From contig JAPDFW010000092.1 in the NCBI GenBank assembly GCA_028826165.1, positions 806,001-870,000 on the forward strand: DNA of 64,000 bases. The letters run 5' to 3'. How positions within the stretch are numbered: the stretch's first letter is position 1; each line of letters begins with the position of its first letter. A model generated the notes under the pieces. It ran no database searches. It saw only the letters and a program-made list of their open reading frames with translations, and was not told the origin of the DNA. Shown one piece after another: positions 39,440 to 50,700 of the stretch. This DNA comes from Anaeramoeba ignava BMAN. Lineage: Eukaryota; Protista; Anaeramoebae. Both the position numbers and the translations under genes were made by a program.

Positions 39440-40855
39440 TTTTTGAAATAAATTGTATTTTTGAAATAAATTGTATTTTTGAAATAAATTGTATTTTTGA
39501 AATAAATTGTTTTTTTGAATTAAATTGTATTTTTTGAATTAAATTGTGTTTTTGAATTAAATTGTGTTTTTGAATTAAATTGTATTTTGAATTAAATTGT
39601 TTTTTTGAATTAAATTGTATTTTTGAATTAAATTGTTTTTGAATTAAATTGTTGTTGAATTAAATTGTTTTTGAATTAAATCCTGTTTGTTGAATTAAAT
39701 TGTTTTTTTGAATTAAATTGTTTTTTGAAATTAAATTGTATTTTTGAATTAAATTGTATTTTTGAATTAAATTGTATTTTTGAATTAAATTGTATTTTTG
39801 AATTAAATTGTATTTTTGAATTAAATTGTTTTTGAAATAAATTATGTTTTTGAAATAAATTATTTTTTGAATTAAATTGTATTTTTGAATTAAATTGTAT
39901 TTTTGAATTAAATTATATTTTTGAATTAAATTGTATTTTTGAATTAAATTGTATTTTTGAATTAAATTGTTGTTGAATTAATCTTTTTTTGAATTAAATT
40001 GTATTTTTGAATTAAATTATATTTTTGAATTAAATTGTATTTTTGAAATAAATTGTTGTTGAATTAAATTATATTTTTGAATTAAATTATATTTTTGAAT
40101 TAAATTGTATTTTTGAAATAAATTATGTTTTTGAAATAAATTGTGTTTTTTGAGTTAATCTTTTTTGAAATAAATTGTATTTTTTGAAATAAATTGTATT
40201 TTTGAATTAAATTATATTTTTGAATTGAATTATATTTTTGAATTAAATTGTATTTTTGAAATAAATTGTATTTTTGAAATAAATTATATTTTTGAATTAA
40301 ATTGTGTTTTTTGAATTAAATTGTATTTTTGAATTAAATTATATTTTTGAATTAAATTGTTTTTTTGAATTAAATTGTTTTTTGAAATTAAATTGTTTTT
40401 TGAATTAAATTGTATTTTTGAATTAAATTGTATTTTTGAATTAAATTGTATTTTTGAAATAAATTGTATTTTTTGAAATAAATTGTGTTTTTGAAATAAA
40501 TTATATTTTTGAATTAAATTGTATTTTTGAATTAAATTGTATTTTTGAATTAAATTGTATATTTTGAATTAAATTGTATTTTTGAATTAAATTGTATTTT
40601 TGAATTAAATTCTGTTTTTGAATTAAATTGTATTTTTGAATTAAATTGTTTTGTTGAATTAAATTATATTTTTGAAATAAATTATATTTTTGAAATAAAT
40701 TATATTGTTAAATTAAATTGTATTTTTGAATTAAATTGTATTTTTGAAATAAATTGTATTTTTTGAATTAAATTGTTTTTGAATTAAATTGTTGTTGAAT
40801 TAAATTATATTTTTTTGAATTAAATTGTATTTTTGAATTAAATTGTTTTTTGAAT
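39440..40855. repeat. ~18-bp tandem repeat (gaattaaattgtattttt), ~1.4 kb, abutting the LysRS stop codon
   Basis: Direct inspection. Confidence 0.95.
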
Positions 40856-43348
40856 TAATCTTTTTTCGAATCATCTTTTGGTTTTGAATCATCTTTTGGT
40901 TGTGATTCATCTTTTGGTTTTGATTCTTTTTGTTCACTTGAATTATCAGGACGCATTGCAGGAAAAAGTAAAACCTCTTTAATATTAATATGGTCAGATA
41001 AAAACATAGTTAATCTATCAATACCCAAGCCCCAACCAGCAGTTGGAGGTAATCCATATTCCAAAGAAGTGCAAAATATTTCATCAATAACTTGAGCTTC
41101 TTCATCACCTTTTGCTTTATCTTGAGCTTGTTGTTGAAATCTTTCTCTTTGTATAATTGGATTGTTTAATTCAGTATATGCATTAATTACTTCTTTTCCA
41201 TTAATAAATAATTCAAATCTTTCTGTTATTCCTTTTTTACTTCGATGATATTTTGCAAGTGGTGACATAATTTCTGGATGATCAATAATAAATGTTGGAT
41301 TTATGCATTTAGGTTCAACAAAATGTCCAACAAGCTATTTATAAAAATGTTTTGTTTTGATTTTTAAATATTTTGTTTTAAATTTTTAAATTTTTTGATT
41401 TACTTTATCAAGTAATCTTGCTGTTGTTCTTGGTGGTGGACATTCAACTCCAAATTCAATACATTTTTGAGAAAGAAAATCATTAGTTTCTTGTGTAGTT
41501 AAATCTTCTGGAATCTAAAAAAAATGAATAAATAAATTAAAATAAATATTAAAAATTTAAATATTAAAATTAAAAATTTAAAATAAATTACTTTAATATT
41601 AGCTTCTTTTTCAATTCCTTCAATCATTGGTATCTTATTAAAAGGAGGTGTAAAATCAATTTCAATAAATTGTGCTTCTAACTTTTCTCTTTCTTCTTTA
41701 ATTTTCTCTTCTTCTAATCTTTTTTGTTCTTCTTTGATTCTTTGTTCATCAGAAATTTTCTTAGTGCTTTTCTTCAATTTATCAAATCCTTTTTGAGTCT
41801 TAACAACAGAAGTAATATTTCTTCCATTATAATGATAAACAACTTTATGAGATCCAGTAATATTATAAGCAAGTTGAGAAAGTAAATCTTCAGTAAGCTT
41901 CATCAAATCATAATAATCAGCATAAGCCATATAGAATTCACAAGTAGTAAATTCAGGATTATGAGTTAAATCAATACTTTCATTTCTAAATTGTTTTCCA
42001 ATTTCATAAACTCTATTAATCCCACCAACAACAAGTTCTTTCAAATAAAGCTCAGGTGCAACTCTCATGAATAAATCAATTCCAAGATCATTATGATGAG
42101 TAATAAAAGGCTTAGCACTTGCTCCTCCACAAATCATATTCATCATTGGTGTTTCAACTTCTAAAAATCCTTTTTCATCCAAAAATTTTCTTATAAACTT
42201 AATGATTCTAGATCTTGTTATAAAAGATTCTTTGATATGAGGATTAACTATCAAATCAAGATATCTATGACGATATCGTATTTCTGGGTCTTGAACACCA
42301 AAATGTAATGATGGAAGTGCTCTTAAACAAGGAGATAAAATTTCAATTTGTTTTGGAAAAATACTCAATTCTCCTGTTTTACTTTTCCCAATAAATCCTT
42401 TAATTCCCACAATGTCTCCTCTTTTAGTTTTGTTGTGAATTGTTGCGAAATCTTGTTCTGAAAATCTTGTATCTGCCATAACCTGTATTTTCATTCCGTT
42501 ATCATAAAGATCATAAAAAACTAATTTTTGGCTTTGAACTCTTTTGGAAAATAATCTTCCTGCAATAGAATAAATTTCTTCAGGTTTTCTTTCTCCGTTT
42601 TTAAGTGAACTGTATTTCTTAATTATGTTTTCTACTGATTCTGTTACTTCATATTTATGTGGATATGGTGTTTCTAATTTGGAAATGGTTTTTACTCGAT
42701 TTTCATAATATGCTTTTGGATCTTGTGGTTCTTGTTCTTTTTTTAATTGATTAGTTTGTTGTGTTTGATTTTGTTGTTGTTGAAGTTTTTTTTCTTTTTC
42801 TTCTTGTTTTCTTTGTTGTCTGAGTCTTCTTTTTTGTTCACTTTTATTAAATTTTAATTTTAATTTTAAATTTTAATTATAATTTAATTTTAATTTTAAT
42901 TTTAATTTTAAATTTTAATTTTGATTTTAATTTTAATTTTAATTTTAATTTTAATTTTATAAATGAATTTTAATTTAATTTTATAAATGAATTTTAATAT
43001 TAATTTTAATTTTAATTTTAATTTTAATTTTAATTTTATAAATGAATTTTAATTTTAATTTTAATTTTAATTTTATAAATGAATTTTAATTTTAATTTTA
43101 ATTTTAATTTTAATTTTAATTTTAATTTTAATTTTAATTTTAATTTTAATTTTAATTTTAATTTTAATTTTATTTTTAAATTTAATATAAATTTGATTTT
43201 AATTTTAATTTTAAACAAGAAACCTTTTGCTAATTTTTTCTGTTTCTTGTGTTTCTTGTTGATTTGTTGTTGTTGTTGTTGTTTTTGTTTCTTCAGTTGT
43301 TTTTGATTTTGTTTCTTCTGTTGTTTGTGTTTTTGGTTCTTGTGACAT
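40855..43348 (-). CDS. KARS: Lysyl-tRNA synthetase, class II, cytosolic type, 4 exons
   Basis: ATG 43348. Motifs [61 protein letters not shown] and [18 protein letters not shown]. Confidence 0.98.
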
Positions 43349-43571
43349 TGAATAAAAGAATTATTATAATAATTATAATTAGAATAAGAATAATAATTGA
43401 AAGAGAAAAATGAAAAAAAAAAATCAAAAAAAAAATTTTTTTAATTAAAAAAAATAATAAAAGAAGAAAAATGACGAAGAAAAACGAATTACTTATTAAT
43501 AAAATAAAAATATTTACTAATTATTATTTAAAATAAATAAAAATAGAGATAAAAAAAAACATTTTTTTTAA

Positions 43572-43612
43572 TTTCATTTTTTTCATTTTTTTCATTTTTT
43601 TCATTTTTTTTT
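43572..43612 (+). promoter_or_regulatory. Four tandem TTTTTCATTTTT initiator-like motifs upstream of the Ras gene
   Basis: The same motif recurs, oriented with the gene, before most start codons in the window. Confidence 0.45.
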
Positions 43613-43787
43613 TGCTTTTTTTTATTATTTTAATTTCTATATTTTTTTTAATTATTAAAAAGAAATTAAAAATTTAGAAACAGAAATTAAAGAAATTAAA
43701 GAAATTAAAGAAATTAAAAAATTTAAGTTTTTATTGAAATAAAATTCATTTTGAATAAATCAAAAAAAAACAAAAAGAATAAAAATA

Positions 43788-44363
43788 ATGGCAGTATTAA
43801 AATTAGTAGTAGTAGGAAGTGGAGCAGTTGGAAAATCTGCACTTTCAGTTCAATTTGTGCATTCAAAATTCATAACGGATTATGAACCAACAATAGAAGA
43901 TTCATTTCGAAGACAAGTTGAGATAGACAAAGAAGTATGTCTTCTTCACATTCTCGACACAGCAGGACAAGAAGAATTTTCTATTATTCGCGATACACAT
44001 TTACGTGTTGGCGACGGTTATTTATTAGTCTTTGCAATTGATAATTTTACTTCCTTCACAGAAATTCCAAAATTTCGAGAAAAAATTTTGCTTTCAAAAG
44101 AAAGTTCTCAAGTTCCTTTTGTAATTGCTGCAAATAAATGTGATTTGGAAAGTAATAGAAAGGTTTCTGTTGCTGAAGCTAAGGATTTGGCAAAAAGTTT
44201 TTCTTGTCCTATTTTTGAAACTTCAGCTAAAACTAGATTTAATGTTGATGAAGTCTTTTTTTGTTTAGCTAGAGAAATTAGGAAAATTAAAAATATTGAC
44301 CAACAAAATGTTGATAATTCAAAACCTCAACCGAAAAAGAAAAAGAAATGTATTCTTCTTTAA
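43788..44363 (+). CDS. Ras/Rap-family small GTPase, intronless
   Basis: GSGAVGKS, YEPTIEDS, DTAGQEE, NKCDL, ETSAK, polybasic KKKKK and CAAX box CILL. Confidence 0.97.
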   Translation: MAVLKLVVVGSGAVGKSALSVQFVHSKFITDYEPTIEDSFRRQVEIDKEVCLLHILDTAGQEEFSIIRDTHLRVGDGYLLVFAIDNFTSFTEIPKFREKILLSKESSQVPFVIAANKCDLESNRKVSVAEAKDLAKSFSCPIFETSAKTRFNVDEVFFCLAREIRKIKNIDQQNVDNSKPQPKKKKKCILL

Positions 44364-44584
44364 TTTCTTTTTATTTGTTCTTTTTTTTTTAATCATTGAA
44401 AGAAAAAATTTTTTTTTGTTCTTTTTTTTTGAAAAATTATTTTTGTCAAAATTCTAAGAATATTGACAATTTTCTTAATTTTTGATAATTTTGGATAATT
44501 TGGATAATTTACATTTTTCATTTCAATTTCTTTTTTATTTTTTTTTTCTTTTCCAAATTTTCACTTTTTCAAAAATAAAAAAAA

Positions 44585-46195
44585 ATCAATCAAAATAAAA
44601 TCAATTTTTAATTTAAAATATAAAATAGAATTAATTTAAAAATATAAAAATAAAATAAAATATAAATTAAATATAAATCAAAATTAATTAATTTTATTTA
44701 TATTTAATAAATAAAATATTTTTAATTAATAAATAATCAAAATAAAATCATTTTTAATTTAAAATATAAAATGGAATTAATTTAAAAATATAAAAATAAA
44801 ATAAAATATAAATTAAATATAAATCAAAACTAATTAATTTTATTAATATTTAATAAATAAAATATTTTTAATTAATAAATAATCAAAATAAAATCAATTT
44901 TAATTTAAAATATAAAATAGAATTAATTTAAAAATATAAAAATAAAATAAAATATAAATTAAATATAAATTAAAACTATTTAATTTTATTTAATATTTAA
45001 TAAATAAAATATTTTTAATTAATAAATAATCATAATAAAATCATTTTTAATTTAAAATATAAAATGGAATTAATTTAAAAATATAAAAATAAAATAAAAT
45101 ATAAATTAAATATAAATCAAAATTAATTTAATTTTATTTATATTTAATAAATAAAATATTTTTAATTAATAAATAATCATAATAAAATCATTTTTAATTT
45201 AAAATATAAAATAGGAATTAATTTAAAAATATAAAAATAAAATAAAATATAAATTAAATATAAATCAAAATTATTTAATTTTATTAATATTTAATAAATA
45301 AAATATTTTTAATTAATAAATAATCAAAATAAAATCATTTTTAATTTAAAATATAAAATAGAATTAATTTAAAAATATAAAAATAAAATAAAATATAAAT
45401 TAAATATAAATTAAAACTATTTAATTTTATTAATATTTAATAAATAAAATATTTTTAATTAATAAATAATCAAAATAAAATCATTTTTAATTTAAAATAT
45501 AAAATAGAATTAATTTAAAAATATAAAAATAAAATAAAATATAAATTAAATATAAATTAAAACTATTTAATTTTATTAATATTTAATAAATAAAATATTT
45601 TTAATTAATAAATAATCAAAATAAAATCATTTTTAATTTAAAAATAAAAATAGAATTAATTTAAAAATATAAAAATAAAATAAAATATAAATTAAATATA
45701 AATCAAAACTAATTAATTTTATTAATATTTAATAAATAAAATATTTTTAATTAATAAATAATCAAAAATAAAATCATTTTTAATTTAAAATATAAAATAG
45801 AATTGATTTAAAAATATAAAAATAAAATAAAATATAAATTAAATATAAATCAAAACTATTTAATTTTATTTATATTTAATAAATAAAATATTTTTAATTA
45901 ATAAATAATCAAAATAAAATCAATTTTAATTTAAAATATAAAATGGAATTAATTTAAAAATATAAAAATAAAATAAAATATAAATTAAATATAAATTAAA
46001 ACTATTTAATTTTATTTATATTTAATAAATAAAATATTTTTAATTAATAAATAATCATAATAAAATCATTTTTAATTTAAAATATAAAATGGAATTAATT
46101 TAAAAATATAAAAATAAAATAAAATATAAATTAAATATAAATCAAAACTATTTAATTTTATTTATATTTAATAAATAAAATATTTTTAATTAAAA
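44585..46195 (+). repeat. 11 x ~146-bp AT-rich satellite array (left arm)
   Basis: The landmark gaatt(a/g)attt recurs at 44628, 44774, 44920, 45067, 45215, 45361, 45507, 45653, 45800, 45946 and 46092. Confidence 0.93.
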
Positions 46196-46273
46196 AAAAT
46201 AAAAATTTTAATTTAAAATAATAAAATTTTTGAAAATTAAAAAATAAGAAAAAAAAAAAAATAATTAAATATT

Positions 46274-46384
46274 CTCGGAATAGCTCAGTTGGTAGAGCAT
46301 TTGACTGTAGATTGTAATTTTAAATAATTTATTTAAAAATAAAGAGATATCAAGGGGTCGCAGGTTCGAATCCTGCTTCCGAGA
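46274..46384 (+). tRNA. trnY-GTA: tRNA-Tyr(GTA) with a 38-nt intron (46311-46348)
   Basis: Acceptor stem CTCGGAA/TTCCGAG + A73 (C1:G72), D arm GCTC..GAGC, anticodon GTA at 46307-46309, intron at the canonical 37/38 position, T arm GCAGG-TTCGAAT-CCTGC. Confidence 0.97.
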
Positions 46385-46414
46385 TATTTTTTTTTATTTT
46401 TTTTTTTTTTTTTT
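46385..46414 (+). terminator. RNA polymerase III oligo-T terminator
   Basis: T runs begin immediately after the tRNA discriminator base. Confidence 0.7.
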
Positions 46415-46424
46415 ATTTAATTTT

Positions 46425-47745
46425 AATAAAAAAGTGGAATTGATATTTTTTTTATTTATTTTTTATTTTTTTATTGAATTTAATAAAAATAAAAGTGGAA
46501 TTGATTATTTATTTAATTAATTGAATTTAATAAAAATAAAAGTGGAATTGATTATTATTTTTTTTAATTAAATTTAATAAAAATAAAAAAGTGGAATTGA
46601 TTATTTTTTATTTATTTTTTTATTTAATTAAATTTAATAAAAATAAAAGTGGAATTGATTATTTATTTTTTTATTGAATTTAATAAAAATAAAAGTGGAA
46701 TTGATTATTTATTTTTTTATTTAATTTAATAAAAATAAAAGTGGAATTGATTATTTATTTTTTAATTAAATTTAATAAAAATAAAAAAGTGGAATTGATT
46801 ATTTTTTATTTATTTTTTTATTTAATTAATTGAATTTAATAAAAATAAAAGTGGAATTGATTATTTATTTTTTTATTGAATTTAATAAAAATAAAAGTGG
46901 AATTGATTATTTATTTTTTTATTTAATTTAATAAAAATAAAAGTGGAATTGATTATTTATTTTTTAATTAAATTTAATAAAAATAAAAAAGTGGAATTGA
47001 TTATTTTTTATTTATTTTTTTATTTAATTAATTGAATTTAATAAAAATAAAAGTGGAATTGATTATTTATTTTTTTATTGAATTTAATAAAAATAAAAAA
47101 GTGGAATTGATTATTTATTTTTTTATTTAATTAAATTTAATAAAAATAAAAAAGTGGAATTGATTATTTTTTATTTTGTTTTTATTTTTTTATTTAAATT
47201 TAATAAAAATAAAAAAGTGGAATTGATTATTTATTTTTTTATTTAATTAAATTTAATAAAAATAAAAGTGGAATTGATTATTTTTTTTTTTAATTAAATA
47301 AAAATAAAAAGTGGAATTGATTATTTTTATTTATTTTTATTTTTAATTAAATTTAATAAAAATAAAAAGTGGAATTGATTTTATTGATTATTTTTTATTT
47401 ATTTTTCTTTTTTTAATTTAAATTTAATAAAAAAGTGGAATTGATTATATTTTTTTTGATTATTTATTTTTTTAATTAAATTTAATAAAAATAAAAAAGT
47501 GGAATTGATTTTTTTTATTTTTTTAATTGAATTTAATAAAAATAAAAAAGTGGAATTGATTTTATTGATTATTTTTTTTTAATTAAATTTAATAAAAATA
47601 AAAAAGTGGAATTGATTATTTTTTATTATTTTTAATTTAAATTTAATAAAAATAAAAAAGTGGAATTGATTATTATTTTTTTAATTAAATTTAATAAAAA
47701 TAAAAAAGTGGAATTGATTATTTTTATTTATTTTTTTTAATTAAT
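46425..47745. repeat. ~25-copy minisatellite (43-66 bp units) with invariant core aaaagtggaattgat
   Basis: Direct inspection; lies between the tRNA terminator and the ATPase stop codon. Confidence 0.9.
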
Positions 47746-50700
47746 TTAATAAATCTGAATCTGTTGAAGATCTGAATTTAATTGTTCATATTTCTTCTTG
47801 TTTTTAAAAGATTTTCTGGAACAACATCTTTTAACCTTTTTAAAAGTAGGAGAAGTAACAAATTGTTCCATAAAATAAGCCAAAACAAGATGAAAAAGAC
47901 AAAGAGCAAGCAAAATAAATTTAAAATTCCAATCCAACTTTTCCATTTGCATAAAACCTCGAATAAAAGAATCAGGAAACAAAAGTAAATAAAAGGATAA
48001 AAGAACCAACAAAATAATAGTAACCAACAAAAAACGGTTAGTGAAAACAGATTTCTTAAAGGGTTTTGAGCGATTGACAGCAATAAGAACGAATAAATAT
48101 TGGAAATTTGAAACAAGGAAAATAGTTGTTGTTTCATAACAGAGAATATTATCAGAATCCAAAGAAGCTTCCAAAGGGGAATAAAAAGATTGCTTTTTCA
48201 ATAGTTCAAGACTGACATATTGGAAACCGAAAATCAAAATAAGATGGAGAACTAAGGAAGTGAGAACAGAAGCAGATACTAAACTTGCAGTGGGTCTTCT
48301 TCTCACTAATCGCTTTGCTGCTCCTGTGCGAGACATGAAAATTGAAAGCGGAAGAACCATAAACATGTCCACATACAAATATTGCCAGTCGCCAAGATTA
48401 CTGTTAATCAAATAAAGTTGAACAACGCCAACAAACTGAATCAATGCATACAAAGCTACAAATTTAAATGCTTGAAATGATGAAACTAAAGAGCACCTTC
48501 CTTCCCGAACAACATCAACAAAGCTTTGGATTGTTTGTCTTTTGCTTGTGAATGGCGCTGCTATTGATGCTTCTGTTTCTGCTAGTGAAACCCCAATGTG
48601 TGCTGCTTTTAATGCTTTTACATCGTTGGCTCCATCTCCACACATTCCTACTACATATCCTATTTCTTGATATTCTTGAATCAGTTGTGATTTGTTTTCT
48701 GGTGTCATTCGTGCAAATATATGTGTTTGAATTAGCATCTTTTCAAAGAGTTCGTGATTTTTTTTCATTTCGAAAAAATGTTCTCCGATTATAACCAGTT
48801 CAATATCATTTGCAGAAACTAATAAGTTATTTTCTATGAAGGAGAAAATATTCAATTAATTAAAATATTCAATTAAAATAAATTAAATAATTAAAATAAT
48901 TAAAATAATTAAAATATTTAATTAAAATAATTAAAATAATTAAAACATTTAAAATAATTAAAATATTCAATTAAAATATTCAATTAAAATATTCAAATAA
49001 AATAATTAAAATATTCAAATAAAATAAATTAAATAAATTAAATAAATACCTTTTTTAATAGTTTCTCCTTTAGAAATATCAACCTCTTCGCTATCAGATA
49101 AAGAAATCTCATCATCTTTTAAATTAATAATTTGATTTTTTTCAAGATCAAAAATTTGATTGTGATTATCCACATTAACCCAACGAATCTTTCCATTCCT
49201 TCTTTCAGATAAAAAAACAACAGAAGTAGGATGAATAAGATTGCATTTCTTGGAAACACTGATAGCAGTCAAAGGATTATCACCAGTAGCCATGACACTT
49301 TCAAATCGCGAATCATTAAGTTGGATAATAACATCCTTTGTGTCTGGCTTAAGTTTGTTTTCAAGAACAAGAAACCCAAGAAAAATCAAATCCTTTTCAA
49401 CCTCTTCTCGCAGAAGATGATCAAGATCACTCAAATCTACTTCGGGAAGCTCCCGATAGGCAAGTGCAATCACTCGATATCCTTCCTTTGTATAAAGATC
49501 AAGAACCGACGAGTAATTTTTAGGAATCGAATTTTCATCACAAAGAATACGGATTTGTTCTGGTGATCCTTTCACATGAAGCTCAAGAGATTGAATATCT
49601 GTTTGCTGAACAATAACGCTCATCCGTTGGAGATTTGAAGAAAAATCAAATGTTTTGACAATCCCAAATTCTGTTGAGGGGTTATTAGCTGTCAATGCCA
49701 GATTTGCATCGGGGTTTTCAATTACTAAATCATCTGAATTTTGTTCTGATTTTTGTTCTGAATCGACATCTTCTGAATTGGCTTCCTTTTCTTCGGAATC
49801 TTTTGGTGGATAAACAATTGTCGATATTAGAGTATCAAAACCTGTATTTTCATCTGATTGAATTTCTTGAAATTCCCAACCGGTAAATTGGAACATTTGG
49901 ATCTCAAGTGGATCGCCAATAATTTCACCGTCAACTCTAGAAAGAGAATGACAACACGCCATAACATGAAGCATTTTAGAAGGAACATTGGAAAACGTTG
50001 AATCGATATGAGTTTGTTCTGAAGAAAATTTGTTTTGGGAAGTTGGACGCACACACAACACTTCAAGCCCATCTGTTGTTAAGGTGCCTGTTTTATCAAA
50101 GCAGATAAAATTAATCTTTCCAGACACATTAATACGAGGGGGAGAAATGCAATAAATCTGTATTTTTTTCAGTCGCATGATTGCAAAAGAAGCACCAGTT
50201 GTCATAACAATAGGAAGTTCTGGAGGAACAACAATAGTGATTAAATCACCTGCGCGAACCAAAATATCAGAAACAGAAACCCCAAGCTTCAGGAAAAATA
50301 TTGTCGACACAATAAAGCCAATAACCGCTATTATTGCCATTACAATCAGGAATTTAAATGTGTCTCGATAAAATTTGAAATTATGTGGTTTAGGAAACAA
50401 AATTGATCGAACTAAAGATCCTTTCATTGTATTGAATGATGTTCTCACAACCATTGCAAGTACTCGATTTCCAGAGTAGAATCGAGATTGAATCACTTTG
50501 GTTCCAGAGTATAATGTGTATTTCTTATGAGATAAAATGTCGTAAATTTGTTTGGGATCGTTTGGAAGTGATGTTTTGATCACTGGTGTAGATTCTCCTG
50601 TTAGCATGCTTTCGTTAACTATGCATTGTCCATTAAGAAGTATGAAATCTCCTGGAAGAATAAAGTTGTTTGGAATTTCGATTACATCTCCAGGAACTAA

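Noticed and set aside
41668-41823. Intein in LysRS (also considered for the acidic ATPase insert at ~49680-49810 and the HECT ligase)
   Set aside because: No N-terminal C/S with C-terminal HN followed by C/S/T, no Hint or LAGLIDADG motifs, and the inserts are too short or low-complexity.
46425-47745. CRISPR-like array (constant core with variable spacers)
   Set aside because: The spacers are homologous A/T-run variants of each other, the context is eukaryotic, and there are no cas genes.
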